DNA of 64,000 nt from Octopus sinensis. Lineage: Eukaryota. The number at the start of each line of letters is the position of its first letter. Position 1 is the stretch's first letter. Of the stretch, positions 1 to 11,090 are shown in pieces. A program made the position numbers and the translations under genes. The notes beneath the pieces were generated by a model. That model had not been told where the DNA came from. It was given only the letters and a program-made list of their open reading frames with translations, and made no database searches. The stretch covers positions 90,210,001 through 90,274,000 of the forward strand of contig NC_042997.1 in the NCBI RefSeq assembly GCF_006345805.1, written 5' to 3'.

Positions 1-672
1 AGCACTTTTTCTGCGAAAGGTTGAGTCTTGAATTTCATTTTCGTAGGCGATTCCTGATGTTTCCACTTCATACTTTGCCTTTTGGATTCTACCTCAAGTG
101 ATGCACCCAAATTTCATCTGTGATTATTCTCTTCAAAAAAACCTTCGCCTCCATCGTTGTAGCGGTCGAGGAAGCTATAACGGATCTCCAAACGATTACA
201 CCTATGCGCTTCGGTAAGTTCTCTTGGCTTCCATCTCGCACAAAAAGCTTCTCGTGAATGATTAATTTTCAGAAAACACGTCACACCTTCGATGGTCACT
301 CGTTCACAAGAAATATCTCATGAGCTTGCAGAATATTCACGGTGAAGGTTTATGGTGTCCTGTTCCCTCTTCGTGTTTCACGCTTGTCCGGCCATTTTAA
401 AACTTCGCGATCCACTCATACACATTTTTACGCAGTAGAGCGCTATCCTCGTATTGTACTGAAAGCCTATGATGCATTTCTGCCTCTGACACACTGTCAG
501 CGGAGTGGCCATGCTTTCCCTGTAACACAAGAAAGAAAACTGAAGCGATCAAGGGGAAACTTCGGCTACGTTACCACAAGCGTATCAATTCTCAATATGC
601 GAGCGTTGAAGGCTGCACAGTGAAACTAAAGAAGATTTTTAACGAAAGTGTGGATAAATTTGACTTGGCTTG
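1..672 (-). mobile_element. Decayed mariner (DD34D-type) transposon, 5' half
   Basis: Minus-strand translation gives CARWKPRELTEAHRCNRLEI (WVPRxL motif), then DEIWVHH..ESKRQSM.WKHQESPTKMKFKTQPFAEKV across frameshifts and stops. A TIR-like end (agtcaaatttatccacac on the minus strand) lies near 650-672. The element runs off the window edge. Confidence 0.85.
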
Positions 673-781
673 TGCGCGCGCGCGTGTGTGACACACACAT
701 GCATATATGTAGTTTCACAGGCCCCTGCCGGAAGCTCGACTCCTTCAGACTTTGGATTGCCGAACTGAATCAAACTTTTTG

Positions 782-784
<3 letters not shown>

Positions 785-818
<34 letters not shown>

Positions 819-821
819 ATA

Positions 822-916
<95 letters not shown>

Positions 917-1150
917 ATATGTATATATGTGTGTGTGTGTGTATATATATATGCGTATAGAGACGTGTATATGAATATAATTGTGCGCGTATGGATATAT
1001 ATATATATATATATGTGTACATGTGTATGTATACATGTGTATGTATACATATAGGTGTGTGCGTGGGTGTGCATGTATGTGTTTCACGCGAGTATGAGTG
1101 AGCATATGCATATATGCACATGCACGTGGGTGTGCTTGCGAGCATGTGTA
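785..1150. repeat. (TA)n / (TG)n / (TATG)n compound microsatellite
   Basis: Directly visible; it generates the spurious YIYI/HTHT ORFs. Confidence 0.95.
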
Positions 1151-1199
1151 TGTATGTACATGCGCGCATACGCGGATTCTATGTGCGTGGGTTTACCTT

Positions 1200-1500
1200 C
1201 TTCGAGTATTTTTACTTTCTCCCTATTCGGGCAATTTCCCTTTATTTAACAGTCATTCTCATAACTCTTTTGTTTGTTTTAATAACGGTCATCATCATCA
1301 TAATAATTTCCTTTTATTTAACGGTCATTTTCATAGCATTTTTGTTTGTCTTAATAACTGACGAGATGCCGGAGCAGATTTCCGCTCCGACATCTGAAAC
1401 TCTGAGTTTTATTATGGCAACCGACTAATTGTCACGTATCATATTATAGATAAATTCCTCTATTTACGTAATATCGAGGTCTCATTCATTCTTTTGTTGT
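1200..1500 (+). mobile_element. Probable Penelope-like terminal-repeat remnant carrying a hammerhead motif
   Basis: Contains a hammerhead at 1352-1414 and an internal imperfect duplication (cattctcataactcttttgtttgttttaataac vs cattttcatagcatttttgtttgtcttaataac). It is flanked by microsatellites. The family assignment is an inference. Confidence 0.45.
1352..1414 (+). ncRNA. Type I hammerhead ribozyme motif (long helix II, palindromic helix III)
   Basis: UAAUAA-CUGACGA-GAUGCCGGAGC-agauuucc-GCUCCGACAUC-u-GAAA-CUC-u-GAGU-U-UUAUUA. Helix I is 6 bp, helix II is 10 of 11 bp, and helix III is ACUC/GAGU. Predicted cleavage GUU at 1408/1409. One extra U precedes GAAA. Confidence 0.75.
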
Positions 1501-1502
1501 CA

Positions 1503-1573
<71 letters not shown>

Positions 1574-1628
1574 CATCATCATCATTATTATTATTATTAT
1601 TATTATTCAGTAGTTTTATTTTTATAAC

Positions 1629-1686
<58 letters not shown>
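1500..1686. repeat. (ATT)n tract, the tail/target of the adjacent non-LTR element
   Basis: Directly visible; it includes a second copy of the element terminus cagtagttttatttttata at 1608-1626. Confidence 0.9.
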
Positions 1687-1689
<3 letters not shown>

Positions 1690-2049
1690 TAGTTTTATTT
1701 TTATAGCGTGCTTTCACTTCACTACCGAGCGCAGCTCTGTGTGCCTTGGGTATGTGCTGCGATTTGTTGTGATGCTCTGATGGTTATTGTATGGAAAGTG
1801 TTCTGCGTAGGATGTGTGCAGTGGCTAGTAGTGCAATTTTCTGTATGTTATATGTGTTTGTAAGTCCTGGTGTTTTTGTTATGTATTTGTCTGAATATTT
1901 TTTTATCATCATGCCTAATGCACCTACTATGATAAGAATTGTTTCTGTTTTCAGATTCCACATTCTAGTTACCTCTATTTCCAGGTCTTTGTATTTTGAG
2001 AGTTTCTCTCCATTTCTTTAGAGACACGTTGTCATCTGCCGGTATTGAT
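1687..2049 (-). mobile_element. 5'-truncated R4/Dong-like (RLE) non-LTR retrotransposon, 3' end
   Basis: Minus strand reads SIPADDNVSLKE..EKLSKYKDLEIEVTRMWNLKTETI.IIVGALGMMIKKYSDKYITKTPGLTNTYNIQKIALLATAHILRRTLSIQ* (stop at 1784-1786). This is the C-terminal restriction-like endonuclease region, followed by a ~100-bp 3' UTR and a (TAA)n tail. Confidence 0.85.
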
Positions 2050-2062
2050 ATTATTATTATTA

Positions 2063-2135
<73 letters not shown>

Positions 2136-2149
2136 ATATAATATAATAT

Positions 2150-2203
<54 letters not shown>

Positions 2204-2235
2204 ATATATATATAAAGACCGTTATGGCCAGTACA

Positions 2236-2302
2236 TAGGGTTACTCAGATTTTCGCGTCAATAAAGCCCTGAACTTCACATAAGTCTCGTCAGACGTACC
2301 CG
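2236..2302 (-). ncRNA. Degenerate hammerhead-like motif
   Basis: Minus strand: GGGUACGU-CUGACGA-G..(long partly paired stem)..C-GAAA-AUCUGAGU-A-ACCC. The core and the GAAA(C>A)UCUGAGU helix III match the motif at 1352, but helices I and II are only partly paired. Confidence 0.45.
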
Positions 2303-2343
2303 TGCTTCTCTTTCGGATTTGTGATTTACTGACGATATATATC

Positions 2344-2733
2344 GCAGGAGTGGCTGTGTGGTAAGTAGCTTGTTTACTAACCACATGATTCCGGGTTCAG
2401 TCCCACTGCGTGGCACCTTGGGCAAGTGTCTTCTACTATAGCCTCGTGCCCACCAAAACCTTGTGAGTGGATTTGGTAGACGGAAACTGAAAGAAGCCCG
2501 TCGTATATATGTATATATATATGTTTGTGTGTCTGTGTTTGTCCCCCTAGCATTGCTTGACAACCGATGCTGGTGTGTTTACGTCCCCGTTACTTAGCGG
2601 TTCGGCAAAAGAGACCGATAGAATAAGTACTGGGCTTACAAAGAATAAGTCCAGAGGTTGAGTTGCTCGATTAAAGGCGGTGCTCCAGCATGGCCGTAGT
2701 CAAATGACTGAAACAAGTAAAAGAGTAAAGAGT
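2344..2733 (+). mobile_element. Full-length tRNA-derived SINE, family A (head GCAGGAGTGGCTGTGTGGTAAG)
   Basis: Has A-box-like (tggctgtgtgg) and B-box-like (ggttcagtcc) motifs, an internal TA/TG tract and a 3' end ...gactgaaacaagtaaaagagt. Many copies occur elsewhere in the window. Confidence 0.9.
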
Positions 2734-2863
2734 CTCTGCACTCACAGGTCATTCTTCGACACCCATCCTTCTCCTCTCTGATTCCTTCTTTCTCTCTCTT
2801 CTCTCTCTTTGTTGCGTTTTGTCCCCCTTTTCTCTCTCTCTCTTTCTTTTTCTTTTCCCTCTT

Positions 2864-2963
2864 NNNNNNNNNNNNNNNNNNNNNNNNNNNNNNNNNNNNN
2901 NNNNNNNNNNNNNNNNNNNNNNNNNNNNNNNNNNNNNNNNNNNNNNNNNNNNNNNNNNNNNNN
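2864..2963. other. Assembly gap (100 N)
   Basis: Run of exactly 100 N, typical of a scaffolding placeholder. Confidence 1.
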
Positions 2964-3024
2964 ACGCATATGTACGTGGGCGAGTATATGCAGACACATG
3001 TATGTATGTGTGTGGTGTGTGGTG

Positions 3025-3059
<35 letters not shown>

Positions 3060-3907
3060 TCGTGTGTGTGTGTGTGTTCGTGTGTGTTGTGTGTGTGTGT
3101 GTGTAAGGTGCAGGCGTATGTATATATGTATGTATGTATGCATGTATGTATGTATGTATGTATTTATGTATGTATGTATGTATGTATGTATGTATGCATG
3201 TATGTATGTATGTATATATGTATGTATGTATGTATGCATGTATGCATGTATGTATGTATGTATATATGTATGTATGTATGTATGTATATATATGTATGTA
3301 TTATGTATATATGTATGTATATATGTATGTATGTATATATGTATGTATGATAGTATGTATGCATGTAGTATACAAAGTATAGCTAAATAAACGTGCACTT
3401 GTATATAAATATGTGTTGTGTGAGTATTTTTATGTGTGTATGCATATATGCCCGCGTCTTGTGTTTACTACATATGTATAGCATGTATGCGGGAATGTCT
3501 GTGTGTCTGTGTATCAGTCGGTCAGTCCGTATGTACGTATGTATGTATGTATGTATGTATGTATGTATGTATGTATGTATGTATGTATGTATGTATGTAT
3601 GTATGTGTATATGTATGTATGTATGTATGTTTGTATGTATATATGTATGTATGTATGTATATATGTATGTATGTATGTATGTATGTTTGTATGTATATAT
3701 GTATGTATGTATGTATGTATGTTTGTATGTATATATGTATGTATGTATGTGTGTATGTATGTATGCATGTATGTGTGTGTATGTATAACTATCTAATTAT
3801 GTGTATGTGTGTGTTGTAGGTACATAAACTTAAACGTTTGTGTGTGCATCCGTATGTATATGTGTGTGTGAGTGTGTGTGTGTGTGTATGTGTGTGTGTA
3901 TGTGTGT

Positions 3908-3966
<59 letters not shown>
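2964..3966. repeat. (TG)n and (TATG)n compound microsatellite
   Basis: Directly visible. Confidence 0.95.
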
Positions 3967-3969
<3 letters not shown>

Positions 3970-4066
3970 GTTAATTCGCGATCCCAATAGCGTGACGGAA
4001 AAGCCAAGTTCTCGCCGCCGCAACCACCATTAACCACCACCACCACCACCACCACCAACCACCACC

Positions 4067-4102
<36 letters not shown>

Positions 4103-4199
4103 AACAACAATAGCAACAACAACAATAACATCACTTCCTCCACCACTACTACCCCATAGTAAGACAATGATATAGTGTCTATTCAATAAAGTTTCTCAG

Positions 4200-4292
4200 C
4201 TCCGACTATCAGGTGACGACCTTCCAGTCCCCACCGACGAAAATGGTCGACTGATGGCCGAAATTCCCTCAGCGGTTTTCTTCTGGATGTAA
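4200..4292 (+). other. Possible short coding exon in a CpG-rich, repeat-free island
   Basis: After tttctcAG the frame reads LRLSGDDLPVPTDENGRLMAEIPSAVFFWM, then TAA TGA. The acceptor is weak and I recognise no homolog. Confidence 0.15.
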
Positions 4293-5483
4293 TGATGGAA
4301 GGTTAATCGCTACATTGCGAGATGGATCACATTACACGACACGAAGAAGATCGTTCCCAATTCGGCATTCCGCGTCCGAACGACGCCTCCCTTCCGCTGT
4401 CGCCGATCCGAGATCGGAGATTGTCGAAGTGTACACGAGAGAGATTTGCCGTTCAAACGTTCGAGGGCGTTTTGTGGGGCGTTTGCTGGGGGCAAATGTT
4501 CAGGGTTTATTCGGCAAGTTTATGTTGTTTTGTCTTTTTTCCTTTTGTTATTGCTGTTGTTGTTGTTGTTTAGCTCCAGGTTGACTTTGATCAAACAGAC
4601 CCATGATCAAAGACGTTCCAGCTGTGAACATCTCGTCTTTTTTCGTATGTGCAGATAATACAGAAGCGCATTATTCAATGTATTAATATCCGTTTCTAGC
4701 ACAATGAATGTGTAATTAATTGAAAAGAGGTTTGGCTGCTCTTTCTAGCGGGTCGAGCGATCGGGTAGAGGCTTCGTCGATGGCACGTTGATGATGTTGG
4801 CGTTAGAGTTTGTATAGAAAAAAGACAGAATATATGTAATGTAGATGTCTCGTGTGTGTCTATGAGGAAAGTAAAAAAGTGAGAGAGGGGGAAGGGGGAC
4901 AGAGAAGGGGAGGAGGAGGAGAAACACAGAGAGAGAGAGAAGAGGCAGAAAGAGGAAGAGAATGGGAGAAGTAGGTATTTGGTAGATGAGAGACAAGAAG
5001 AAGCAAAGCTGTGAAAGAGTAGATGGTCAATGATTGAAGTGGCAAGGAAAGTGTAGACGTATAAGATAGTTGGATGAGAATGTGTGTGTTCGTGTGTGTG
5101 TGTGTGTGTGTGTTTGTGACTTACACATATATATATATTTATTGACATCTACACAAATCGAACAGATAAAAATATTATGACCCTTATGTATCCTTAACAG
5201 AAGTAGCAAACAATTACAGATTGAAGCATGCAGTTCATTGCATCGCACTCATTACATGCACATACATATAGCCATACATAGCCACACACACGCATACACA
5301 CACACGCATACACACACACACACACACATATATATATGGGTAGAAATATATCAGGCTGAGAGGAGGAGGAGGAGGAAGAGGAAGGGGAGGAAATGCGCAA
5401 TTTAAATGGATATTTCTTTACTATGAAGCAGACGACCTGACACTGTAAAGGTGTGGTATTAGTGTTATCAATGTTATGATGAA

Positions 5484-5487
<4 letters not shown>

Positions 5488-5527
<40 letters not shown>

Positions 5528-5666
5528 TGTGAGAGTGTGTGTATGTGTATGTGTGTGTGTGTGTGTGTGTGAGAGTGTGTGTGAGAGTGTGTGTGTGTAT
5601 GTGTGTGTATGTGTGTGTGAGAGTGTGTGTGAGAGTGTGTGTGTGTGTGTATGTGTGTGTGTATGT

Positions 5667-5715
<49 letters not shown>
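5488..5715. repeat. (TG)n microsatellite with variant units
   Basis: Directly visible. Confidence 0.95.
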
Positions 5716-5717
<2 letters not shown>

Positions 5718-7137
5718 GCATGTTGTCTCATTTGCAGTGTGTGATATTGTTGCTTTGTTATGTATCCCAAGTCAGCTTAGATTGATCAAAAACCTTCCAA
5801 CCGTGATCATCTCATCTTTCCGATTACCTAGTACAACATTATCCTATAAGACCATTTTTGTTTTTCTGAGAGACAGTTGGGGGTTTATTGGAGCTTGATG
5901 TGGCTGTTATTTCCACAAAATCAACCGACCACGTAGTGCGTATATGAGCAATTTTTGTACGTGTTGTATGTGTGTGTGTGTATGAATTTGTGTGTGCATG
6001 CGTGTGTGTTTATTTGTGTGTGTGTGTATGTGTATTTGTGTGTGCATTTGTGTGCGTGTGTTGCCTCATGGTGTAAGAGTGTGTGTACCTGTGTTGTATG
6101 AATGAGTATGTGTGAATTGTGTGAGGCATAATTTGCATTGAATGTGTGTGTATGTGTGTGCATGTGTGTGTGAGTGTGTATCTGAGTGTGTGCGTGCGTA
6201 AGCGTGTGTATGTGTGCGTGTGTTTGTGAGTCTAAGTGTGGGCGTTTACAGTATACCGAGTGTGTTTATATGGTATTGCATTATATGTTCATTGAGTATA
6301 TGCTGTGTTCTGTGATGTGCGTATGAATGTACATGTATACATGTGTGTGTGCGTGCGTGCGTGCGCGCGTGCATGTATGTGCATGCGTGCAAGTGTGGTA
6401 TATATGCATGTGTGCGTATGTGCGTGTGGGCTTATGTGTGTGTGTATGCGTATATGCTGCTTCTGTTTTAGTGTTTACGTTATTATTTATCTCAAGGTTA
6501 GTCCTGTTCAAATAGACATGCCATAAAAGTAGTTCCAGTTTTGACCATCCCGTCAGTACCCTATGTGCCAGAAATCCAGGACCAACATTATAAGACAATA
6601 GAATATGAGAAATTAAAATTTGAAATTTGATTCATCAACTATTTTGCATCAACCAGCTTGCATCAACTACCTTTTATCATTAGTTTGATTTGGGCCATCA
6701 AACATTGCTTTGCAAAAGTTCTACTGTGATATCAATGTAGTCACGATTTCGTCTCACAATCTCTATTCTGGAACTCAGTCGGGTTTCAGATTTCCACCGT
6801 ATAACTACTGGTATGTCACTTTTCATCTTTTGTCAACTGAAAGTTGAGCAGGAAAAATTAATAAAGTGACTGAATTGTACCGAATAAATAGAATCGAACA
6901 TAAGGCCAAAACATTTGCTATGGCGAACAGTACAGACCATCAGTTGAATACATTCATTCTGCTCTGATAATGATAAATATGATAACCTTCCAGGGTACTT
7001 CCCACAAAACTGAAATGTTCTTTCGTGACAAGATTAAAGTCTGACATGTTTTTTAAATATTTTTGAATTGTTTGTAATTCTTTCTACTATAGGAGCAATG
7101 TCTGAAATTCTGAGAGTGATCAACTGGTTTCTTATTT

Positions 7138-7478
7138 TTATCGATCTCGACAGGATGAAAAGCAAAGTCGACCTCGCCGTAATTTGAACTCAGAACGTAA
7201 AAAGCCGGTGGGAATGATTCTAAGCATTTTGCCCGATGCTAAGCATTCTATCATGATTTGCCTGGTGCTAAGCATTCTCCCAGCTCGCTGCCTTTGAATT
7301 GTCAATAATTGGTTTCGAATTTTGGCACAGGACAGCCATTTCGGTAGATGAGGCAAATCGATTACATCGACCCAGTTTTCGACTGGTACTTATTTGAACA
7401 CAGAACATGAAGACGAACAAAATGCCGCTAAGCATTTTGCCTGATGTGCTTGCAATTCTGCCAGCTCGCTGCCTTTGA
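7138..7478 (-). mobile_element. Two tandem decayed SINEs, family D (head GGCGGCGAGCTGGCAGAA)
   Basis: Two copies of ...ctaagcattttgcc...ccagctcgctgcctttgaattg, with the family core aaagtcgacctcg..aatttgaactcagaacgtaa. Confidence 0.8.
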
Positions 7479-8294
7479 ATTGTTAATAATTGACCAACAT
7501 TACCGTGAGGGATAGATAAAAATAAGAGAAACGTGTTAAAATGAAAAGAGAATAATAGAGAATATTTGAATTCGAACAAAATACAATAATTTTCTGCAAA
7601 GAATAAAATAGAAAACTGCTTTGAGAAAAACAAACTATTAAGAGTTATAATTCATATCAGAAAATAGATATGAAGCAATAAAGACTGTTCTGTGATTTTT
7701 GTTTTTATTTTCCGGGTAGATTTCATCTCAATTTTGTGAGATTATATCTTGCAACCAAAAATGTCTCTTTCTGACTCAAAATTTGTTTGTCAGCTGTCGC
7801 AAAAGAATTTAGTTGGAGAAGATAATTTTATGATTAAATTCTAAAGTCAATATGGCAAATCTAGCGAAAGCATCAATACTCTCCTACTTCTTTATATTCA
7901 CACTTTTTGCGGGAGACCAGTGCACTGAGTCTATAACGTTTTTAATCACCCGAATAAACGAAGGCCATGCAATATATATATATATGAAACAATGTGAAAC
8001 ATTGTAGCTGTGCACAATGAAAAGAGAATCTATTGGTTAATAATTTTCAGTCAATTAGTCCTAACCATGGGACTTCGTTTCGCTTCTATTCATGCGTTGC
8101 ATATTTCTTATACAAAAAAACAATTCGAATCAAAATAAAAAAGGAAAATATTCAAATCAATATTATATCGGTTCCCTATTTAGACACAAGTCCTGCAGTT
8201 TTGTGGTGAGGTCTGTACAATCGATTTCTGTACAACCGATCCCTGTACTTCACTGGTACTTTATTTTAACGATCCCGAAAAGTTGCAAACGATA

Positions 8295-9020
8295 AGCTAG
8301 CAGAATCGTCAGTACGTCGGGAAAAATGTTTAACGGCATTTCTTCGGTTTTTTGTTTGTTTTTGCGTTCGGGATCGATTATGTATCGATTTCAAATTTTG
8401 GCAGAAAGCCAGAAATTTCGAGGGAGTGGATAAGTCGATTATATCGACCTCCAGTGTTCAACTAGTACTTATTTCACCGACCCCGAAAAGATGAAAGGCA
8501 AAGTTGACCTCGGCGGAATTTGAACTCAGAACGTAATTGCCGCTAAGCATTTTGCTCGACTTGCTAACGATTCTCCCAGCTCGCCGCCTTAGGGTCGATT
8601 AAATTATATCAGTTGAGCATTGGTATTGATGTAAGCGACTAACACCCTCCCTGATAATTTCAGGCCTTGTGCCTAATGTAGAAGGAAAGCTGACCGCGTC
8701 AGAATTTGAATTCAGAACGTAAAAGGTAGGAAGAAATACAAAATATTTTCTCCGACGCTTTAAAGATTCTTCCAGCAGAATTTTTCCCTTTAGATCGGTG
8801 TTATATTGGTTTCAAATTTTGGCACAAGGCCAGCAATTTCAGGGAAGGATTAGATCGATTACATCGCCTCCAGGGTTCACCGGGTACTTATTTTATCGAC
8901 CCCGAGAGGATGAAAAACAAAGTTAACATCGGTAGCATTTGAACTGAGAACGTAAAGAGAGACGAAATACTGCAAAGCATTTTGCCCGGCGTGCTAACGA
9001 CTCTGCCAGCCCGATACCTT
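8295..9020 (-). mobile_element. Cluster of about four family D SINE copies and fragments, mostly minus strand
   Basis: Repeated gaccccgaaaagatgaaaggcaaagttgacctcggcggaatttgaactcagaacgt core at about 8480, 8700 and 8900. Confidence 0.8.
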
Positions 9021-9534
9021 AGATCGATATTGTATTGGAATGTGATTATAGTTTTTATATAATCTAAATTTATTGCATAATTTAAGTTTATCATCGAAGT
9101 TTTATAAATATTTACTGCTTAGATATTTTATGTAAGGTTCAATAAAAGAAAGGTGTAACTTTATGAGGTACTAAAAAATAAATTATATATAGAACAAACG
9201 GATGCTGGTATTGTCATTTACAGTATTGGTGATAGCTTTCTTTGCTAATCTTGGTATTCTAGTTGTGTTTCAGTACTACGATTCGATCCAAACACATACA
9301 CATATATACACGTAGACGTTGACACATGTACAGACAGATAGACAGACACGCGCTCGCGCACGCACACACATACACACACATACACACACCTAAAGTGATT
9401 TATATTTTTATGTATAATTAGCATAGTACTCGTAAAATGACGAGTTTTATTTCAGTATTGAATAAATTATGCAAACTTCATTTATATGAATAAGTAGGTT
9501 AGACACAGTGACACTGTCTTATCCAGAAAGATAT

Positions 9535-9686
9535 ATATTTCTTTACTACCCACAAGGGGCTAAACACAGAGGGGACAAACAAGGACAGACAAAGGGATTA
9601 AGTCGATTACATCAACCCCAGTGCGTAACTGGTACTTAATTTATCGACCCCGGAAGGATGAAAGGCAAAGTCGACCTCGGCGGAAA
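9535..9686 (-). mobile_element. 5'-truncated family D SINE with an alternative 3' tail
   Basis: Family core (ttatcgaccccggaaggatgaaaggcaaagtcgacctcggcggaa) joined to the tail atttctttactacccacaaggggctaaacacagaggggac. Confidence 0.8.
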
Positions 9687-9814
9687 GCTGATGGTAAAGT
9701 ATGAGCAGTTGGGGTAACAGAGTGAAAGAGAGGAGAAAAACATTGTTGTCAATACGTGAATATAAAATTTGTTAGTGACTCTCTCCATTACCTAAATATT
9801 CTTTCATACATACA

Positions 9815-9821
9815 TACATAC

Positions 9822-9858
<37 letters not shown>

Positions 9859-9917
9859 GGGGAGAGTTTTTGTACGTATGTATATTTATATATATATGTA
9901 TAGATATATATATTATA

Positions 9918-9979
<62 letters not shown>

Positions 9980-10024
9980 GTCATATATATATTATATATA
10001 TATATCATATTATATTATATATAT

Positions 10025-10076
<52 letters not shown>
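9815..10076. repeat. (TA)n microsatellite
   Basis: Directly visible. Confidence 0.95.
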
Positions 10077-10078
<2 letters not shown>

Positions 10079-10085
10079 TCCACAT

Positions 10086-10372
10086 GGAGGCGCAATGGCC
10101 ATGTGGTTAGGCCAGCGGTCGTAGGATCGCGGTTTCGATTACCAGACCGAGCGTTGTGAGTGTTTATTGAGCGAAAACACCTTAAAAGCTCACGAGTCTC
10201 CGGCAGGGGATGGTGATCCTTGCTGTACTCTTTCACCACTCTTTCTTTCACTCTTTCTTCTGTTGGCCTACTCCCTTAGCCATTCGAAGGCGCTAAAACA
10301 ATGCGAACGCATTGTGACCAGCGATGTGTAACAACATCTGATGGTCTGGTCGGTCACGTGATCACGTGATAC
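10086..10372 (+). mobile_element. tRNA-derived SINE, family B
   Basis: Head ggaggcgcaatggccatgtggttagg..ggtttcgattacc (A/B boxes) and 3' end gtcacgtgatcacgtgata. A related head occurs at 15560-15650. Confidence 0.8.
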
Positions 10373-10409
10373 ACACACACACTCACACACAGACACACAT
10401 ATAATATAT

Positions 10410-10499
<90 letters not shown>

Positions 10500-10511
10500 T
10501 ATATACATATA

Positions 10512-10577
<66 letters not shown>

Positions 10578-11064
10578 CAACAATTGAGGGTAAAATTAAT
10601 TAATTAATCAATTTCACCAAGTATTCAGTATGCAAAGGGACCATTTAAGGCGAATTCAAATTATTACATTATATAAAAGGGCTTAGTAAAATAAATTACT
10701 TTGCCGCATACTGAACTCATTAGAAATAGCAACTAAAAAAAACATTTATAAAACTATTTCTAATACTTAAAGAAAACCTCTCTCATATAGTGTTTGCTCA
10801 ATTCAACTCACGAAAGTTTGGGGGTAGAGACATTAAAAAATCAAATGCAAAGGTTATTTGAGAACGTACGTTTCAAGATTAGTCAAAATCGACATTTCTA
10901 TCATCAGCTCAGAACTCCCTGGTTTGGATTTGAAAACACTGAAAGTGGGAGCATACCCTTTCGGCTTCTTATCGCTTCTGAAGATCCGCTCGAAACTAAC
11001 AGTGCCAACAAACTCAAATATGCAAGCGAAGAATTTCTGCTCTCCCCTTTCCACCAGCGTGGAA
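10578..11064. mobile_element. Unclassified ~490-bp interspersed element between two (TA)n tracts
   Basis: Complex sequence bounded on both sides by TA arrays, like other insertions here. No protein motif recognised. Confidence 0.35.
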
Positions 11065-11090
11065 TATATATATATATATATATATATATA

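Noticed and set aside
2344-2420. SINE heads as tRNA genes (also 10086, 17565, 23500, 45977, 62295)
   Set aside because: They have A/B boxes but no complete cloverleaf, and they run directly into SINE bodies.
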